From the NCBI RefSeq assembly GCF_001677475.2, contig NZ_CP015229.1: a DNA stretch of 64,000 bases, one strand, 5' to 3'. The notes beneath the pieces are model-generated. The model saw only the letters and a list, made by a program, of their open reading frames with translations, ran no database searches and was not told the DNA's origin. Both the position numbers and the translations under genes were made by a program. Shown piece by piece: positions 38,229-52,375 of this stretch. Position 1 is the first letter of the stretch; every line of letters starts with the position of its first letter. This DNA comes from Escherichia coli. Its GTDB lineage: Bacteria; Pseudomonadota; Gammaproteobacteria; Enterobacterales; Enterobacteriaceae.

Positions 38229-39446
38229 ATGTCCCCCATTGAAAAATCCAGCAAATTAGAGAATGTCTGTTATGACATCCGTGGTCCGGTGCTGAAAGAA
38301 GCAAAACGCCTGGAAGAAGAAGGTAACAAGGTACTGAAACTGAACATCGGCAACCCAGCCCCGTTCGGTTTTGACGCGCCAGATGAAATCCTCGTTGACG
38401 TGATACGCAACCTGCCTACCGCTCAAGGGTATTGCGATTCCAAAGGTCTTTACTCCGCGCGTAAAGCCATCATGCAGCACTACCAGGCTCGTGGCATGCG
38501 TGATGTTACCGTGGAAGATATTTACATCGGCAATGGTGTATCGGAGCTTATCGTTCAGGCAATGCAGGCATTGCTGAACAGCGGGGACGAAATGTTGGTT
38601 CCTGCACCAGATTACCCACTATGGACCGCGGCGGTTTCGCTTTCCAGCGGTAAAGCGGTGCATTATCTTTGCGATGAATCCTCTGACTGGTTCCCGGACC
38701 TCGATGATATTCGCGCTAAAATTACGCCTCGTACGCGTGGAATCGTTATTATCAACCCAAATAACCCAACCGGCGCGGTATATTCCAAAGAGCTTTTAAT
38801 GGAGATTGTGGAGATTGCACGTCAGCATAATCTCATTATCTTCGCCGATGAAATTTATGACAAAATTCTCTACGACGACGCTGAGCATCACTCAATTGCG
38901 CCGCTGGCACCTGACCTGCTGACCATTACCTTTAACGGACTGTCGAAAACGTACCGCGTTGCAGGCTTCCGTCAGGGGTGGATGGTGTTGAACGGGCCGA
39001 AAAAACACGCCAAAGGCTACATCGAAGGTCTGGAAATGCTGGCTTCAATGCGCCTGTGTGCTAACGTTCCTGCGCAACACGCCATTCAGACCGCGCTGGG
39101 TGGTTATCAGAGCATCAGTGAATTTATTACCCCTGGCGGTCGTCTTTATGAGCAGCGTAACCGCGCGTGGGAATTGATCAACGATATTCCGGGCGTTTCC
39201 TGCGTGAAACCTCGTGGTGCGCTGTATATGTTCCCGAAAATCGACGCCAAACGCTTTAACATTCACGACGATCAGAAAATGGTGCTGGATTTCCTGTTGC
39301 AGGAAAAAGTTCTGTTGGTGCAAGGGACGGCATTCAACTGGCCGTGGCCGGATCACTTCCGCATTGTCACGCTACCGCGTGTCGATGATATCGAGCTGTC
39401 TTTGAGCAAGTTCGCGCGTTTCCTTTCTGGTTATCATCAGCTGTAA
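38229..39446 (+). CDS. alaA: Glutamate-pyruvate aminotransferase AlaA (PLP-dependent)
   Basis: 405-aa ORF MSPIEKSSKLENVCYDIRGPVLKEAKRLEEEGNKVLKLNIGNPAPFGF... matching AlaA (YfbQ). Confidence 0.94.
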   Translation: MSPIEKSSKLENVCYDIRGPVLKEAKRLEEEGNKVLKLNIGNPAPFGFDAPDEILVDVIRNLPTAQGYCDSKGLYSARKAIMQHYQARGMRDVTVEDIYIGNGVSELIVQAMQALLNSGDEMLVPAPDYPLWTAAVSLSSGKAVHYLCDESSDWFPDLDDIRAKITPRTRGIVIINPNNPTGAVYSKELLMEIVEIARQHNLIIFADEIYDKILYDDAEHHSIAPLAPDLLTITFNGLSKTYRVAGFRQGWMVLNGPKKHAKGYIEGLEMLASMRLCANVPAQHAIQTALGGYQSISEFITPGGRLYEQRNRAWELINDIPGVSCVKPRGALYMFPKIDAKRFNIHDDQKMVLDFLLQEKVLLVQGTAFNWPWPDHFRIVTLPRVDDIELSLSKFARFLSGYHQL

Positions 39447-39529
39447 TCTTAATTTCACTGCCGGAGATTGCATCCGGCAGTGTTATCCCGCCACAATGAC
39501 CTGATGATGTCATCATACGTAAGGTCACT

Positions 39530-40129
39530 ATGAAACAGAGCCATTTTTTTGCCCATCTCTCCCGCCTGAAACTCATTAACCGCTGGCCGCTAATGCGCAA
39601 CGTGCGGACGGAAAATGTGTCCGAACACAGTTTGCAAGTAGCGATGGTCGCCCATGCGCTGGCAGCTATCAAAAATCGTAAATTTGGCGGTAATGTCAAC
39701 GCCGAACGTATCGCTTTACTGGCGATGTACCACGATGCTTCAGAAGTGCTCACCGGCGATCTCCCTACTCCGGTGAAATACTTCAATTCGCAAATCGCTC
39801 AGGAATACAAGGCTATTGAAAAAATCGCTCAGCAAAAACTGGTCGATATGGTTCCGGAAGAGCTGCGGGATATCTTTGCGCCGTTAATTGACGAGCATGC
39901 ATATAGCGATGAAGAAAAATCGCTGGTGAAACAGGCAGATGCACTGTGTGCATATCTGAAATGTCTGGAAGAACTCGCGGCCGGAAATAATGAATTCTTG
40001 CTGGCAAAAACGCGACTGGAAGCGACGCTTGAAGCGCGTCGCAGCCAGGAGATGGACTACTTCATGGAAGTATTTGTTCCCAGCTTCCATCTTTCGCTCG
40101 ATGAGATTAGCCAGGATTCACCGCTGTAA
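39530..40129 (+). CDS. yfbR: HD-domain 5'-deoxynucleotidase YfbR
   Basis: 199-aa [48 protein letters not shown]... matching YfbR. Confidence 0.93.
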
Positions 40130-40141
40130 GCAGCTGGAGTC

Positions 40142-40181
40142 TGCGTCGCATCAGGCAATAAGCGCCGGATGCGACATCAGG
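40142..40181. repeat. REP (repetitive extragenic palindromic) element between yfbR and yfbS
   Basis: tgcgtcgcatcaggcaataagcgccggatgcgacatcaggc shows the gcatcagg/ccggatgcg motifs of E. coli REP units in inverted arrangement. Confidence 0.7.
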
Positions 40182-40187
40182 CTCTTG

Positions 40188-42020
40188 TCAAAACGGAAAC
40201 AGCATCGGGATCATCACCACACAAACTGCCATCACGATAATGGTGAACGGTACCCCCAACTTCACAAAGTCACTGAAGCTGTAATTTCCCGGACCTAAAA
40301 CCAGTGTATTAACAGGTGAAGAAACCGGTGTCATAAAGGCGGCAGATGCTGCCATCGCCACGACCATCGCGAATGGATAAGGCGACACACCCATCGTTTT
40401 GGCAGCAGCCAGCGCAATCGGAGCCATCAACACCGCCGTCGCGGTATTAGAGATAAATAGCCCAATAACCGCCGACAAGACAAACAAACACCCCAGCATC
40501 ATATGTGGCCCATAACCGCCGCCAATGTCCATCAGCCCTTTCACCGCCAGCGCGACACCTCCCGTTTTCTGTAATGCCACAGCAAACGGCATCATCCCAA
40601 CGATCAAAATAATGCTCGGCCAGTGAATGGATTTATAGGCGCTTTCAGCATCTATACAGCGGAATTTCCCCATCAGCAGGCAGGCGATGATAGCGGCAAC
40701 AGGATTAGGAATTTCATCTGTCAGCATTAACGCCACCATTAGCACCAGACAGAAAATGGCATGGGGTGCCTGGCTGTGCGCGGGCGATGCTTCACTCACC
40801 TCTTCCGGTAAGTTCAGCGCTACGAAGTCGCGGCCCTGTTTGGCCAGCATACCGATCAGTTTCCAGTTACCAACAACCAGGATGATATCGCCCAGCAGCA
40901 GAGGCTCATCCGCCAGCGAACCTTCCAGCGCCACGCCATTGCGCTTTAGCCCCACCACATTCAGTCCGTAGCGGGTACGAAAACCAATTTCGCGCACCGA
41001 TTTACCAATAAGTTCTGACTCAGGAATTAATGAAATCTCTGCCATGCCCACATCAAGGGCCTGGTCAGAAAAATACTCGCCGCGCAGTACCATCGGCTCC
41101 AGCAATTGCTCACTACAAAATTGCCGGAGATCGACATCAGCCGCAGACATATCAATAAGCAAAACGTCACGCGCGCGAAATTCAGAAACCCCATTAACGT
41201 TCACGATAACGCGACGAAAACGCCGCCAGCGTTCAACACCGATGACGTTAGCGCCATAACGCTCACGTAATTTGAGATCGTCCAGCCGTTGACCAATCAT
41301 TGGCGATCCGGGGCGAATAGCCAGACGTCGCGCACGCCCGGTCAGTCGATATTCACGGATAAGATCGCGAAAGGTTCGACGCGTCCAGCCTTCGCGCTGC
41401 GGGGTCTGGGTATCCCCTTTCAGCATGAAACGCATCACTAACATATACAAAATACCCAGCACCAGCACGACCAGGCCAATAGGTGTTACGCTAAAGAAAC
41501 TGAAGCCGTGATAGCCTTCACGCAGCAATTCACTGTTGACTACCAGGTTCGGCGGCGTCGCCACCAGCGTCATCATGCCGCTAATCAGCCCGGCAAAACT
41601 TAACGGCATCATCAGACGCGACGGCGAAGTTTGCATACGCATGGCAACGCTTAACACCACGGGAATAAAGATAGCGACAACGCCGGTTGAACTCATAAAC
41701 GCGCCAAGCCCCGCAACGGTCAGCATCAACAAAACCAACATTTTGATTTCACTGTTGCCCGCCACTTTGACCAGCCATGTTCCCATTACGGTGGCAACAC
41801 CGGTACGGACCAAACCATCGCCAATAATAAACAAGGCGGCAATCAGGACAACGTTAGGATCAGAAAAGCCGGAAAATACTTCGGGGACCGTCAGCGTTCC
41901 GCTTAATGCAAACGCGACAATAACAAACAAAGCGACCGCATCCATACGCACTCTGCCCGTCGCAAACAAGACGATGGCAACGGCCAGTAATGAAAGAACC
42001 CAAATCAATTCACCGTTCAC
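40188..42020 (-). CDS. yfbS: Putative anion/dicarboxylate-family transporter YfbS (two TrkA-C domains)
   Basis: 610-aa ORF with hydrophobic N- and C-terminal halves and a central soluble region; matches YfbS in length. Confidence 0.88.
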
Positions 42021-42063
42021 AACTTATCCTTGTTAATTGAGGGGGATGGACTTGATTCTGCCA

Positions 42064-42088
42064 TAAAAAAGCCCCGACGAGACGGGGC
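42064..42088 (-). terminator. Rho-independent terminator downstream of yfbT
   Basis: Minus-strand reading agccccgtctcgtcggggct followed by TTTTTT. Confidence 0.7.
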
Positions 42089-42107
42089 TAAATCATGATC
42101 AGGTGTT

Positions 42108-42758
42108 TCACTGAATAATAACATCGCCATTTGGCTGTTTGGTCACAGTAATTTGCTCCAGACTGTGGAGGACCAAATCGACCTCATTCAGGCGCGGGGT
42201 ATCTGCCGGAGCGTTAACCGCAATGACATGGCAACCCGCCGCCAGGCCAGAAAGCACGCCAGCGGGAGCATCTTCCACCACCACACACTCCTGCGGCGCA
42301 AGCCCCAGCAGCTGCGCGCCTAACAGATACGCATCAGGTTCTGGTTTTCCGCGCTTCACTCGCTCAGCGGTCACAAACACCTCTGGCGCGGGAAGCCCCG
42401 CTATTTTATGGCGCGCTCGCGCTACCGGCATGGAGCCAGAAGTCACAATGGCCCACGGAATACCTGCTTTATTCAAATGATTGAGTAAGGCGATTGCCCC
42501 GGGAAGCGCGGTAATACCCTCGGTTTCCGTGGCCTCGATTTGCTCCAGACGCGTAAACTCGGCGGCAATATCAGCCTCGGATTTGCCCGCCATAAAATGG
42601 CGCAGAGAGGTGATCGCCTGTTTACCGTGAATGAAAGCCAGCACCTCTTCCGGCGCTAACCCATGACGTCTGGCCCAGTTGCTCCACGCCCGCTCTACCG
42701 CAGGCAGGGAATCCACCAGCGTTCCATCAAGATCAAACAGAAAACCTTTGCACCGCAC
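42108..42758 (-). CDS. yfbT: HAD-superfamily hexitol/sugar phosphatase YfbT (HxpA)
   Basis: 216-aa ORF with the HAD motif FDLDGTL near the N-terminus. Confidence 0.9.
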   Translation of the reverse strand: MRCKGFLFDLDGTLVDSLPAVERAWSNWARRHGLAPEEVLAFIHGKQAITSLRHFMAGKSEADIAAEFTRLEQIEATETEGITALPGAIALLNHLNKAGIPWAIVTSGSMPVARARHKIAGLPAPEVFVTAERVKRGKPEPDAYLLGAQLLGLAPQECVVVEDAPAGVLSGLAAGCHVIAVNAPADTPRLNEVDLVLHSLEQITVTKQPNGDVIIQ

Positions 42759-42768
42759 GCGGGCCTCC

Positions 42769-43344
<576 letters not shown>

Positions 43345-43800
43345 TTACAAATCATCAAGGAAAGTTTTATCCAGTTGTTTGAAGGCACGCTTAAGCGTGT
43401 CAGCTAATGCCTGGTAATCAGGCTTGCCTTCAACGGGTGCCAACACCTGTCCAGACTCCTGCAATTTACCGCGAACTTCATAAAACCAGTTGAGGATAGC
43501 AGGGGGTAATGGCGTTACAGAACGCTTGCCCAGCCACCACAATCCCTGCATGGGTAAACTTAAGGCGAACAGCGCTGTGGCAACTGCTGGCCCAAGCTGA
43601 CCGCCCAGGGCAATCTGCCAGCAGAGAGTAAATACGGCGATCGGCGGCATAAAACGGATCGCATAACGCGTCATCTTGATAACGCGATTTTCGACAAAGA
43701 CCGGGGCAAGGCGTTTTTCCAGCGGCCACGTCTTTGAGTAATGCTGTCCCCGGCGAAACAAGCTAAAAAAATTAACAGAACGATTATCCGGCGTTGACAT
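43345..43800 (-). CDS. yfbV: UPF0208 inner membrane protein YfbV
   Basis: 151-aa ORF with two hydrophobic segments; divergent from ackA as in K-12. Confidence 0.9.
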
Positions 43801-44137
43801 GCTTCACCTCAACTTCACATATAAAGATTCAAAAATTTGTGCAAATTCACAACTCAGCGGGACAACGTTCAAAACATTTTGTCTTCCATACCCACTATCA
43901 GGTATCCTTTAGCAGCCTGAAGGCCTAAGTAGTACATATTCATTGAGTCGTCAAATTCATATACATTATGCCATTGGCTGAAAATTACGCAAAATGGCAT
44001 AGACTCAAGATATTTCTTCCATCATGCAAAAAAAATTTGCAGTGCATGATGTTAATCATAAATGTCGGTGTCATCATGCGCTACGCTCTATGGCTCCCTG
44101 ACGTTTTTTTAGCCACGTATCAATTATAGGTACTTCC

Positions 44138-45340
44138 ATGTCGAGTAAGTTAGTACTGGTTCTGAACTGCGGTAGTTCTTCACTGAAATTTGCCATCATC
44201 GATGCAGTAAATGGTGAAGAGTACCTTTCTGGTTTAGCCGAATGTTTCCACCTGCCCGAAGCACGTATCAAATGGAAAATGGACGGCAATAAACAGGAAG
44301 CGGCTTTAGGTGCAGGCGCCGCTCACAGCGAAGCGCTCAACTTTATCGTTAATACTATTCTGGCACAAAAACCAGAACTGTCTGCGCAGCTGACTGCTAT
44401 CGGTCACCGTATCGTACACGGCGGCGAAAAGTATACCAGCTCCGTAGTGATCGATGAGTCTGTTATTCAGGGTATCAAAGATGCAGCTTCTTTTGCACCG
44501 CTGCACAACCCGGCTCACCTGATCGGTATCGAAGAAGCTCTGAAATCTTTCCCACAGCTGAAAGACAAAAACGTTGCTGTATTTGACACCGCGTTCCACC
44601 AGACTATGCCGGAAGAGTCTTACCTCTACGCCCTGCCGTACAACCTGTACAAAGAGCACGGCATCCGTCGTTACGGCGCGCACGGCACCAGCCACTTCTA
44701 TGTAACCCAGGAAGCGGCAAAAATGCTGAACAAACCGGTAGAAGAACTGAACATCATCACCTGCCACCTGGGCAACGGTGGTTCCGTTTCTGCTATCCGC
44801 AACGGTAAATGCGTTGACACCTCTATGGGCCTGACCCCGCTGGAAGGTCTGGTCATGGGTACCCGTTCTGGTGATATCGATCCGGCGATCATCTTCCACC
44901 TGCACGACACCCTGGGCATGAGCGTTGACGCAATCAACAAACTGCTGACCAAAGAGTCTGGCCTGCTGGGTCTGACCGAAGTGACCAGCGACTGCCGCTA
45001 TGTTGAAGACAACTACGCGACGAAAGAAGACGCGAAGCGCGCAATGGACGTTTACTGCCACCGCCTGGCGAAATACATCGGTGCCTACACTGCGCTGATG
45101 GATGGTCGTCTGGACGCTGTTGTATTCACCGGTGGTATCGGTGAAAATGCCGCGATGGTTCGTGAACTGTCTCTGGGCAAACTGGGCGTGCTGGGCTTTG
45201 AAGTTGATCATGAACGCAACCTGGCTGCACGTTTCGGCAAATCTGGTTTCATCAACAAAGAAGGTACCCGTCCTGCGGTGGTTATCCCAACCAACGAAGA
45301 ACTGGTTATCGCGCAAGACGCGAGCCGCCTGACTGCCTGA
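44138..45340 (+). CDS. ackA: Acetate kinase
   Basis: 400-aa [53 protein letters not shown]... matching AckA. Confidence 0.96.
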   Translation: MSSKLVLVLNCGSSSLKFAIIDAVNGEEYLSGLAECFHLPEARIKWKMDGNKQEAALGAGAAHSEALNFIVNTILAQKPELSAQLTAIGHRIVHGGEKYTSSVVIDESVIQGIKDAASFAPLHNPAHLIGIEEALKSFPQLKDKNVAVFDTAFHQTMPEESYLYALPYNLYKEHGIRRYGAHGTSHFYVTQEAAKMLNKPVEELNIITCHLGNGGSVSAIRNGKCVDTSMGLTPLEGLVMGTRSGDIDPAIIFHLHDTLGMSVDAINKLLTKESGLLGLTEVTSDCRYVEDNYATKEDAKRAMDVYCHRLAKYIGAYTALMDGRLDAVVFTGGIGENAAMVRELSLGKLGVLGFEVDHERNLAARFGKSGFINKEGTRPAVVIPTNEELVIAQDASRLTA

Positions 45341-45414
45341 TTTCACACCGCCAGCTCAGCTGGCGGTGCTGTTTTGTAACCCGCCAAATCGGCGGTAACG
45401 AAAGAGGATAAACC

Positions 45415-47559
45415 GTGTCCCGTATTATTATGCTGATCCCTACCGGAACCAGCGTCGGTCTGACCAGCGTCAGCCTTGGCGTGATCCGTGCAATGGAACG
45501 CAAAGGCGTTCGTCTGAGCGTTTTCAAACCTATCGCTCAGCCGCGTACCGGTGGCGATGCGCCCGATCAGACTACGACTATCGTGCGTGCGAACTCTTCC
45601 ACCACGACGGCCGCTGAACCGCTGAAAATGAGCTACGTTGAAGGTCTGCTTTCCAGCAATCAGAAAGATGTGCTGATGGAAGAGATCGTCGCAAACTACC
45701 ACGCTAACACCAAAGACGCTGAAGTCGTTCTGGTTGAAGGTCTGGTCCCGACACGTAAGCACCAGTTTGCCCAGTCTCTGAACTACGAAATCGCTAAAAC
45801 GCTGAATGCGGAAATCGTCTTCGTTATGTCTCAGGGCACTGACACCCCGGAACAGCTGAAAGAGCGTATCGAACTGACCCGCAACAGCTTCGGCGGTGCC
45901 AAAAACACCAACATCACCGGCGTTATCGTTAACAAACTGAATGCACCGGTTGATGAACAGGGTCGTACTCGCCCGGATCTGTCCGAGATTTTCGACGACT
46001 CTTCCAAAGCTAAAGTAAACAATGTTGATCCGGCGAAGCTGCAAGAATCCAGCCCGCTGCCGGTTCTCGGCGCTGTGCCGTGGAGCTTTGACCTGATCGC
46101 GACTCGTGCGATCGATATGGCTCGCCACCTGAATGCGACCATCATCAACGAAGGCGACATCAATACTCGCCGCGTTAAATCCGTCACTTTCTGCGCACGC
46201 AGCATTCCGCACATGCTGGAGCACTTCCGTGCCGGTTCTCTGCTGGTGACTTCCGCAGACCGCCCTGACGTGCTGGTTGCCGCTTGCCTGGCTGCCATGA
46301 ACGGCGTAGAAATCGCTGCCCTGCTGCTGACTGGCGGCTACGAAATGGACGCGCGCATTTCTAAACTGTGCGAACGTGCTTTCGCTACCGGCCTGCCGGT
46401 ATTTATGGTGAACACCAATACCTGGCAGACTTCTCTGAGCCTGCAGAGCTTCAACCTGGAAGTTCCGGTTGACGATCACGAGCGTATCGAGAAAGTTCAG
46501 GAATACGTTGCTAACTACATCAACGCTGACTGGATCGATTCTCTGACTGCCACTTCTGAGCGCAGCCGTCGTCTGTCTCCGCCAGCGTTCCGTTATCAGC
46601 TGACTGAACTTGCGCGCAAAGCGGGCAAACGTATTGTTCTGCCGGAAGGTGACGAACCGCGTACCGTTAAAGCAGCCGCTATCTGTGCTGAACGTGGTAT
46701 CGCAACTTGCGTACTGCTGGGTAATCCGGCAGAGATCAACCGTGTTGCAGCGTCTCAGGGTGTAGAACTGGGTGCAGGCATTGAAATCGTTGATCCAGAA
46801 GTGGTTCGCGAAAGCTATGTTGGTCGTCTGGTCGAACTGCGTAAGAACAAAGGCATGACCGAAACCGTTGCCCGCGAACAGCTGGAAGATAACGTGGTTC
46901 TCGGTACGCTGATGCTGGAACAGGACGAAGTTGATGGTCTGGTTTCCGGTGCTGTTCACACCACCGCAAACACCATCCGTCCGCCGCTGCAGCTGATCAA
47001 AACGGCTCCGGGCAGCTCCCTGGTATCTTCCGTGTTCTTCATGCTGCTGCCAGAACAGGTTTACGTTTACGGTGACTGTGCGATCAACCCGGATCCGACC
47101 GCAGAACAGCTGGCAGAAATCGCGATTCAGTCCGCTGATTCCGCTGCGGCCTTCGGTATCGAACCGCGCGTTGCTATGCTCTCCTACTCCACCGGGACTT
47201 CTGGTGCTGGTAGCGACGTAGAAAAAGTTCGCGAAGCAACTCGTCTGGCGCAGGAAAAACGTCCTGACCTGATGATCGACGGTCCGCTGCAGTACGACGC
47301 TGCGGTAATGGCTGACGTTGCGAAATCCAAAGCGCCGAACTCTCCGGTTGCAGGTCGCGCTACCGTGTTCATCTTCCCGGATCTGAACACCGGTAACACC
47401 ACCTACAAAGCGGTACAGCGTTCTGCCGACCTGATCTCCATCGGGCCGATGCTGCAGGGTATGCGCAAGCCGGTTAACGACCTGTCCCGTGGCGCACTGG
47501 TTGACGATATCGTCTACACCATCGCGCTGACTGCGATTCAGTCTGCACAGCAGCAGTAA
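45415..47559 (+). CDS. pta: Phosphate acetyltransferase
   Basis: 714-aa ORF (start read as GTG) [42 protein letters not shown]... matching Pta. Confidence 0.96.
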   Translation: MSRIIMLIPTGTSVGLTSVSLGVIRAMERKGVRLSVFKPIAQPRTGGDAPDQTTTIVRANSSTTTAAEPLKMSYVEGLLSSNQKDVLMEEIVANYHANTKDAEVVLVEGLVPTRKHQFAQSLNYEIAKTLNAEIVFVMSQGTDTPEQLKERIELTRNSFGGAKNTNITGVIVNKLNAPVDEQGRTRPDLSEIFDDSSKAKVNNVDPAKLQESSPLPVLGAVPWSFDLIATRAIDMARHLNATIINEGDINTRRVKSVTFCARSIPHMLEHFRAGSLLVTSADRPDVLVAACLAAMNGVEIAALLLTGGYEMDARISKLCERAFATGLPVFMVNTNTWQTSLSLQSFNLEVPVDDHERIEKVQEYVANYINADWIDSLTATSERSRRLSPPAFRYQLTELARKAGKRIVLPEGDEPRTVKAAAICAERGIATCVLLGNPAEINRVAASQGVELGAGIEIVDPEVVRESYVGRLVELRKNKGMTETVAREQLEDNVVLGTLMLEQDEVDGLVSGAVHTTANTIRPPLQLIKTAPGSSLVSSVFFMLLPEQVYVYGDCAINPDPTAEQLAEIAIQSADSAAAFGIEPRVAMLSYSTGTSGAGSDVEKVREATRLAQEKRPDLMIDGPLQYDAAVMADVAKSKAPNSPVAGRATVFIFPDLNTGNTTYKAVQRSADLISIGPMLQGMRKPVNDLSRGALVDDIVYTIALTAIQSAQQQ

Positions 47560-47599
47560 TCTCGTCATCATCCGCAGCTTTGCGCTGCGGATATCGGAA

Positions 47600-47628
47600 C
47601 CGGAAATAGTGACTATTTCCGGTTTTTT
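47600..47628 (+). terminator. Rho-independent terminator of the ackA-pta operon
   Basis: ccggaaatagtgactatttccgg followed by TTTTTT; a smaller hairpin (ccgcagc-tttgc-gctgcgg) lies just upstream at 47572..47590. Confidence 0.8.
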
Positions 47629-47748
47629 ATTCTCTTAATTTGCATTAATCCTTTCTGATTATCTTGCTTAACTGCGCTGCATCAATGAATTGCGCCATCT
47701 CACTTTGCATACTTACCACTTTGTTTTGTGCAAGGGAATATTTGCGCT

Positions 47749-49269
47749 ATGTCCGCAATCACTGAATCCAAACCAACCAGAAGATGGGCAATGCCCGATA
47801 CGTTGGTGATTATCTTTTTTGTTGCTATTTTAACCAGCCTTGCCACCTGGGTAGTTCCGGTGGGGATGTTTGACAGTCAGGAAGTGCAGTATCAGGTTGA
47901 TGGTCAAACAAAAACTCGCAAAGTCGTAGATCCACACTCTTTTCGCATTCTGACTAACGAAGCAGGCGAACCTGAGTATCACCGCGTACAGCTGTTTACG
48001 ACGGGCGATGAACGCCCGGGCCTGATGAACTTCCCGTTTGAAGGGTTAACCTCAGGATCGAAATACGGGACAGCCGTTGGCATCATCATGTTTATGCTGG
48101 TGATTGGCGGCGCGTTTGGCATTGTGATGCGTACAGGAACCATTGATAACGGTATCCTGGCGCTTATTCGCCATACCCGCGGGAATGAAATTCTCTTTAT
48201 TCCTGCGCTGTTTATTCTGTTTTCACTTGGCGGCGCGGTATTTGGTATGGGAGAAGAGGCCGTCGCCTTTGCCATTATCATCGCACCGCTAATGGTCCGG
48301 CTGGGCTATGACAGTATTACCACCGTCCTGGTGACTTATATTGCCACGCAAATCGGTTTTGCCAGTTCGTGGATGAACCCGTTTTGTGTGGTTGTTGCTC
48401 AGGGGATTGCCGGCGTTCCGGTGCTTTCTGGCTCCGGGTTGCGCATCGTGGTGTGGGTTATCGCCACTCTGATTGGCTTGATCTTTACCATGGTGTACGC
48501 CTCACGAGTGAAAAAGAATCCTCTTCTGTCACGCGTGCATGAGTCCGACCGCTTCTTTCGTGAAAAGCAGGCGGATGTTGAACAACGTCCGTTTACCTTT
48601 GGTGACTGGCTGGTATTGATTGTCCTGACCGCCGTAATGGTCTGGGTGATTTGGGGCGTGATCGTTAATGCCTGGTTTATTCCAGAAATTGCCAGCCAGT
48701 TCTTCACCATGGGTCTGGTGATTGGCATCATCGGCGTTGTTTTCCGCCTTAACGGCATGACGGTTAATACCATGGCTTCATCCTTTACCGAAGGGGCGCG
48801 AATGATGATCGCCCCTGCCCTGCTGGTGGGTTTCGCCAAAGGGATTTTGCTGCTGGTCGGTAATGGTGAAGCGGGTGAGGCCAGCGTGTTAAATACCATC
48901 CTCAACAGCATTGCCAATGCCATTAGCGGTCTGGACAATGCGGTCGCGGCCTGGTTTATGTTGCTCTTCCAGGCAGTATTTAATTTCTTCGTGACGTCCG
49001 GTTCTGGTCAGGCGGCGTTAACCATGCCGTTACTGGCACCGCTTGGCGATCTGGTCGGTGTTAACCGTCAGGTTACCGTGCTGGCGTTCCAGTTTGGTGA
49101 TGGCTTCAGCCACATCATTTACCCAACCTCAGCTTCGTTAATGGCGACGCTCGGTGTGTGCCGGGTGGACTTCCGTAACTGGCTGAAGGTGGGCGCGACC
49201 CTGCTTGGACTGCTGTTTATTATGTCCAGCGTCGTAGTGATCGGCGCTCAGTTGATGGGCTACCACTAA
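47749..49269 (+). CDS. yfcC: Putative C4-dicarboxylate-anaerobic-carrier-like inner membrane transporter YfcC
   Basis: Track ORF 513 aa; the known 506-aa protein begins MSAITESKPTRRWAMPDTLVIIFFVAIL... at 47749. Confidence 0.9.
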   Translation: MSAITESKPTRRWAMPDTLVIIFFVAILTSLATWVVPVGMFDSQEVQYQVDGQTKTRKVVDPHSFRILTNEAGEPEYHRVQLFTTGDERPGLMNFPFEGLTSGSKYGTAVGIIMFMLVIGGAFGIVMRTGTIDNGILALIRHTRGNEILFIPALFILFSLGGAVFGMGEEAVAFAIIIAPLMVRLGYDSITTVLVTYIATQIGFASSWMNPFCVVVAQGIAGVPVLSGSGLRIVVWVIATLIGLIFTMVYASRVKKNPLLSRVHESDRFFREKQADVEQRPFTFGDWLVLIVLTAVMVWVIWGVIVNAWFIPEIASQFFTMGLVIGIIGVVFRLNGMTVNTMASSFTEGARMMIAPALLVGFAKGILLLVGNGEAGEASVLNTILNSIANAISGLDNAVAAWFMLLFQAVFNFFVTSGSGQAALTMPLLAPLGDLVGVNRQVTVLAFQFGDGFSHIIYPTSASLMATLGVCRVDFRNWLKVGATLLGLLFIMSSVVVIGAQLMGYH

Positions 49270-49277
49270 AAATGTTA

Positions 49278-49303
49278 AGAGCCGCAATTGCGGCTCTTTT
49301 TTC
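49278..49303. terminator. Bidirectional hairpin terminator between convergent yfcC and yfcD
   Basis: agagccgcaattgcggctct followed by TTTTTT; the T-tract overlaps the yfcD stop codon. Confidence 0.7.
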
Positions 49304-49844
49304 ATTCTGCCGTTTCAGTCTCTACGGCTTCATTTTTGGCATTGCGCTTCATCCACAACGCCAGCGCTTTCAGCGAGTCTGGAGTGAACTCATCGCAGCG
49401 TGCGGTGATTTCTTCCGGCGTCAGCCAGCAAACTTCACTGACTTCATCTTCCTGTAGGGCGAAGGGACCGTGAGAGACGCAGCTGAACAATGCGCCCCAG
49501 ACACGGCAATTTTTATCTTCGAAATAGAACTGCCCGTGCTCGGCAAAGGGGACACCGGCAATGCCCAACTCTTCTTCCGCTTCGCGGCGCGCGGATTCCA
49601 GCAGTTGCTCATCGGCCTGGACTACACCGCCTGCGGTCGCATCTAACATGCCGGGTAAAAAGTCTTTTGTCTCGGTACGACGCTGGACCAGAATTTTGCC
49701 CATGCCATCATGCACGACGATGTAAGTTGCACGATGACGCAGACACTGTGCCCGCATTTGTTCCCGGCTGGCTTGTGCAATGACTTCATTCTCTTCATTG
49801 ACAATATCCACCCATTCAGTACTTGCCAAACGACGCTGTTCCAT
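49302..49844 (-). CDS. yfcD: NUDIX hydrolase YfcD
   Basis: 180-aa ORF with a Nudix-box-like segment ([11 protein letters not shown]). Confidence 0.9.
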
Positions 49845-49901
49845 TATCAGGAAACCTTCTTTTTCTGGCGCTCTTACGGCGCATTTTGAGTTGTGGGTAA
49901 A

Positions 49902-50456
49902 TTACGGATTAATCGCGACCTGCGCAATGATACTTTGATCATTGAGTGCGATTACACTAAGTACGTCATTATCCAGCATGCCATAACTCGCCGGATGACC
50001 GCCTTTAGGAATACTCACCGAGCCGGGGTTGAAGTGGAAAATCTCCCCCCGCTGTTCTGCCACTGGCAGATGGGTATGACCGTACACCAGCACATCGTTC
50101 TGGTTTAAAGCAGGTAGATTTTCCGGGCCAAAAAGATGACCATGCGTCAAAAACAGACGTTGTTTTTCCAGTAATACCTGTTGCCACGGCGCGGTTATCG
50201 GGAAATGCAGCAGCATTTGATCCACTTCGCTGTCGCAGTTGCCGCGCACAGCGATAACCTTATGTGCCACTTCATTAAGCCGTTCAGCGACTTTGGCTGG
50301 CGCGTAACCCTCCGGTAAAGCATTACGCGGGCCGTGATTCAACACGTCGCCAAGGATCACCAGCCACTGGGCACCGCTTTGGGCAAACAACTCCAGAACA
50401 CGTTCCGTCGCCGGTAACGACCCATGAATGTCCGATGCAAACATCAGTTTCATCAC
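49902..50456 (-). CDS. yfcE: Mn-dependent phosphodiesterase YfcE (calcineurin-like)
   Basis: 184-aa ORF MMKLMFASDIHGS...GDVLNHGPRN...GHTH with metallophosphoesterase motifs. Confidence 0.9.
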   Translation of the reverse strand: MMKLMFASDIHGSLPATERVLELFAQSGAQWLVILGDVLNHGPRNALPEGYAPAKVAERLNEVAHKVIAVRGNCDSEVDQMLLHFPITAPWQQVLLEKQRLFLTHGHLFGPENLPALNQNDVLVYGHTHLPVAEQRGEIFHFNPGSVSIPKGGHPASYGMLDNDVLSVIALNDQSIIAQVAINP

Positions 50457-50459
50457 TCA

Positions 50460-51936
<1,477 letters not shown>

Positions 51937-51992
51937 CAGAAACAGGTTCTCGTGTATTATTTCATCCTAAGTAAAACAACGGAGAACCTGCA

Positions 51993-52355
51993 ATGGCACA
52001 ACCTGCCGCTATTATTCGTATAAAGAACCTTCGTTTACGTACGTTTATCGGAATTAAGGAAGAAGAAATTAACAACCGTCAGGATATTGTTATCAATGTG
52101 ACGATCCACTACCCCGCCGATAAAGCGCGCACTAGCGAAGATATCAACGATGCGCTGAATTATCGCACTGTAACGAAAAACATTATTCAGCATGTAGAGA
52201 ATAACCGTTTCTCTTTGCTGGAAAAATTAACTCAGGATGTGCTCGATATCGCACGTGAACATCACTGGGTGACGTATGCTGAAGTGGAGATCGATAAACT
52301 GCACGCGCTGCGCTACGCTGATTCGGTATCCATGACCTTAAGCTGGCAGCGTTAA
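51993..52355 (+). CDS. folX: Dihydroneopterin triphosphate 2'-epimerase FolX
   Basis: 120-aa [44 protein letters not shown]... matching FolX. Confidence 0.94.
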
Positions 52356-52375
52356 CCGCCATATCGGGAGGCTGC

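Noticed and set aside
45343-47571. 742-aa minus-strand ORF spanning all of pta (plus 346-aa ORF 44306..45346 opposite ackA)
   Set aside because: Lies entirely antisense to genes whose sense translations match Pta and AckA; its translation is low-complexity with no motifs. Treated as an antisense shadow ORF.
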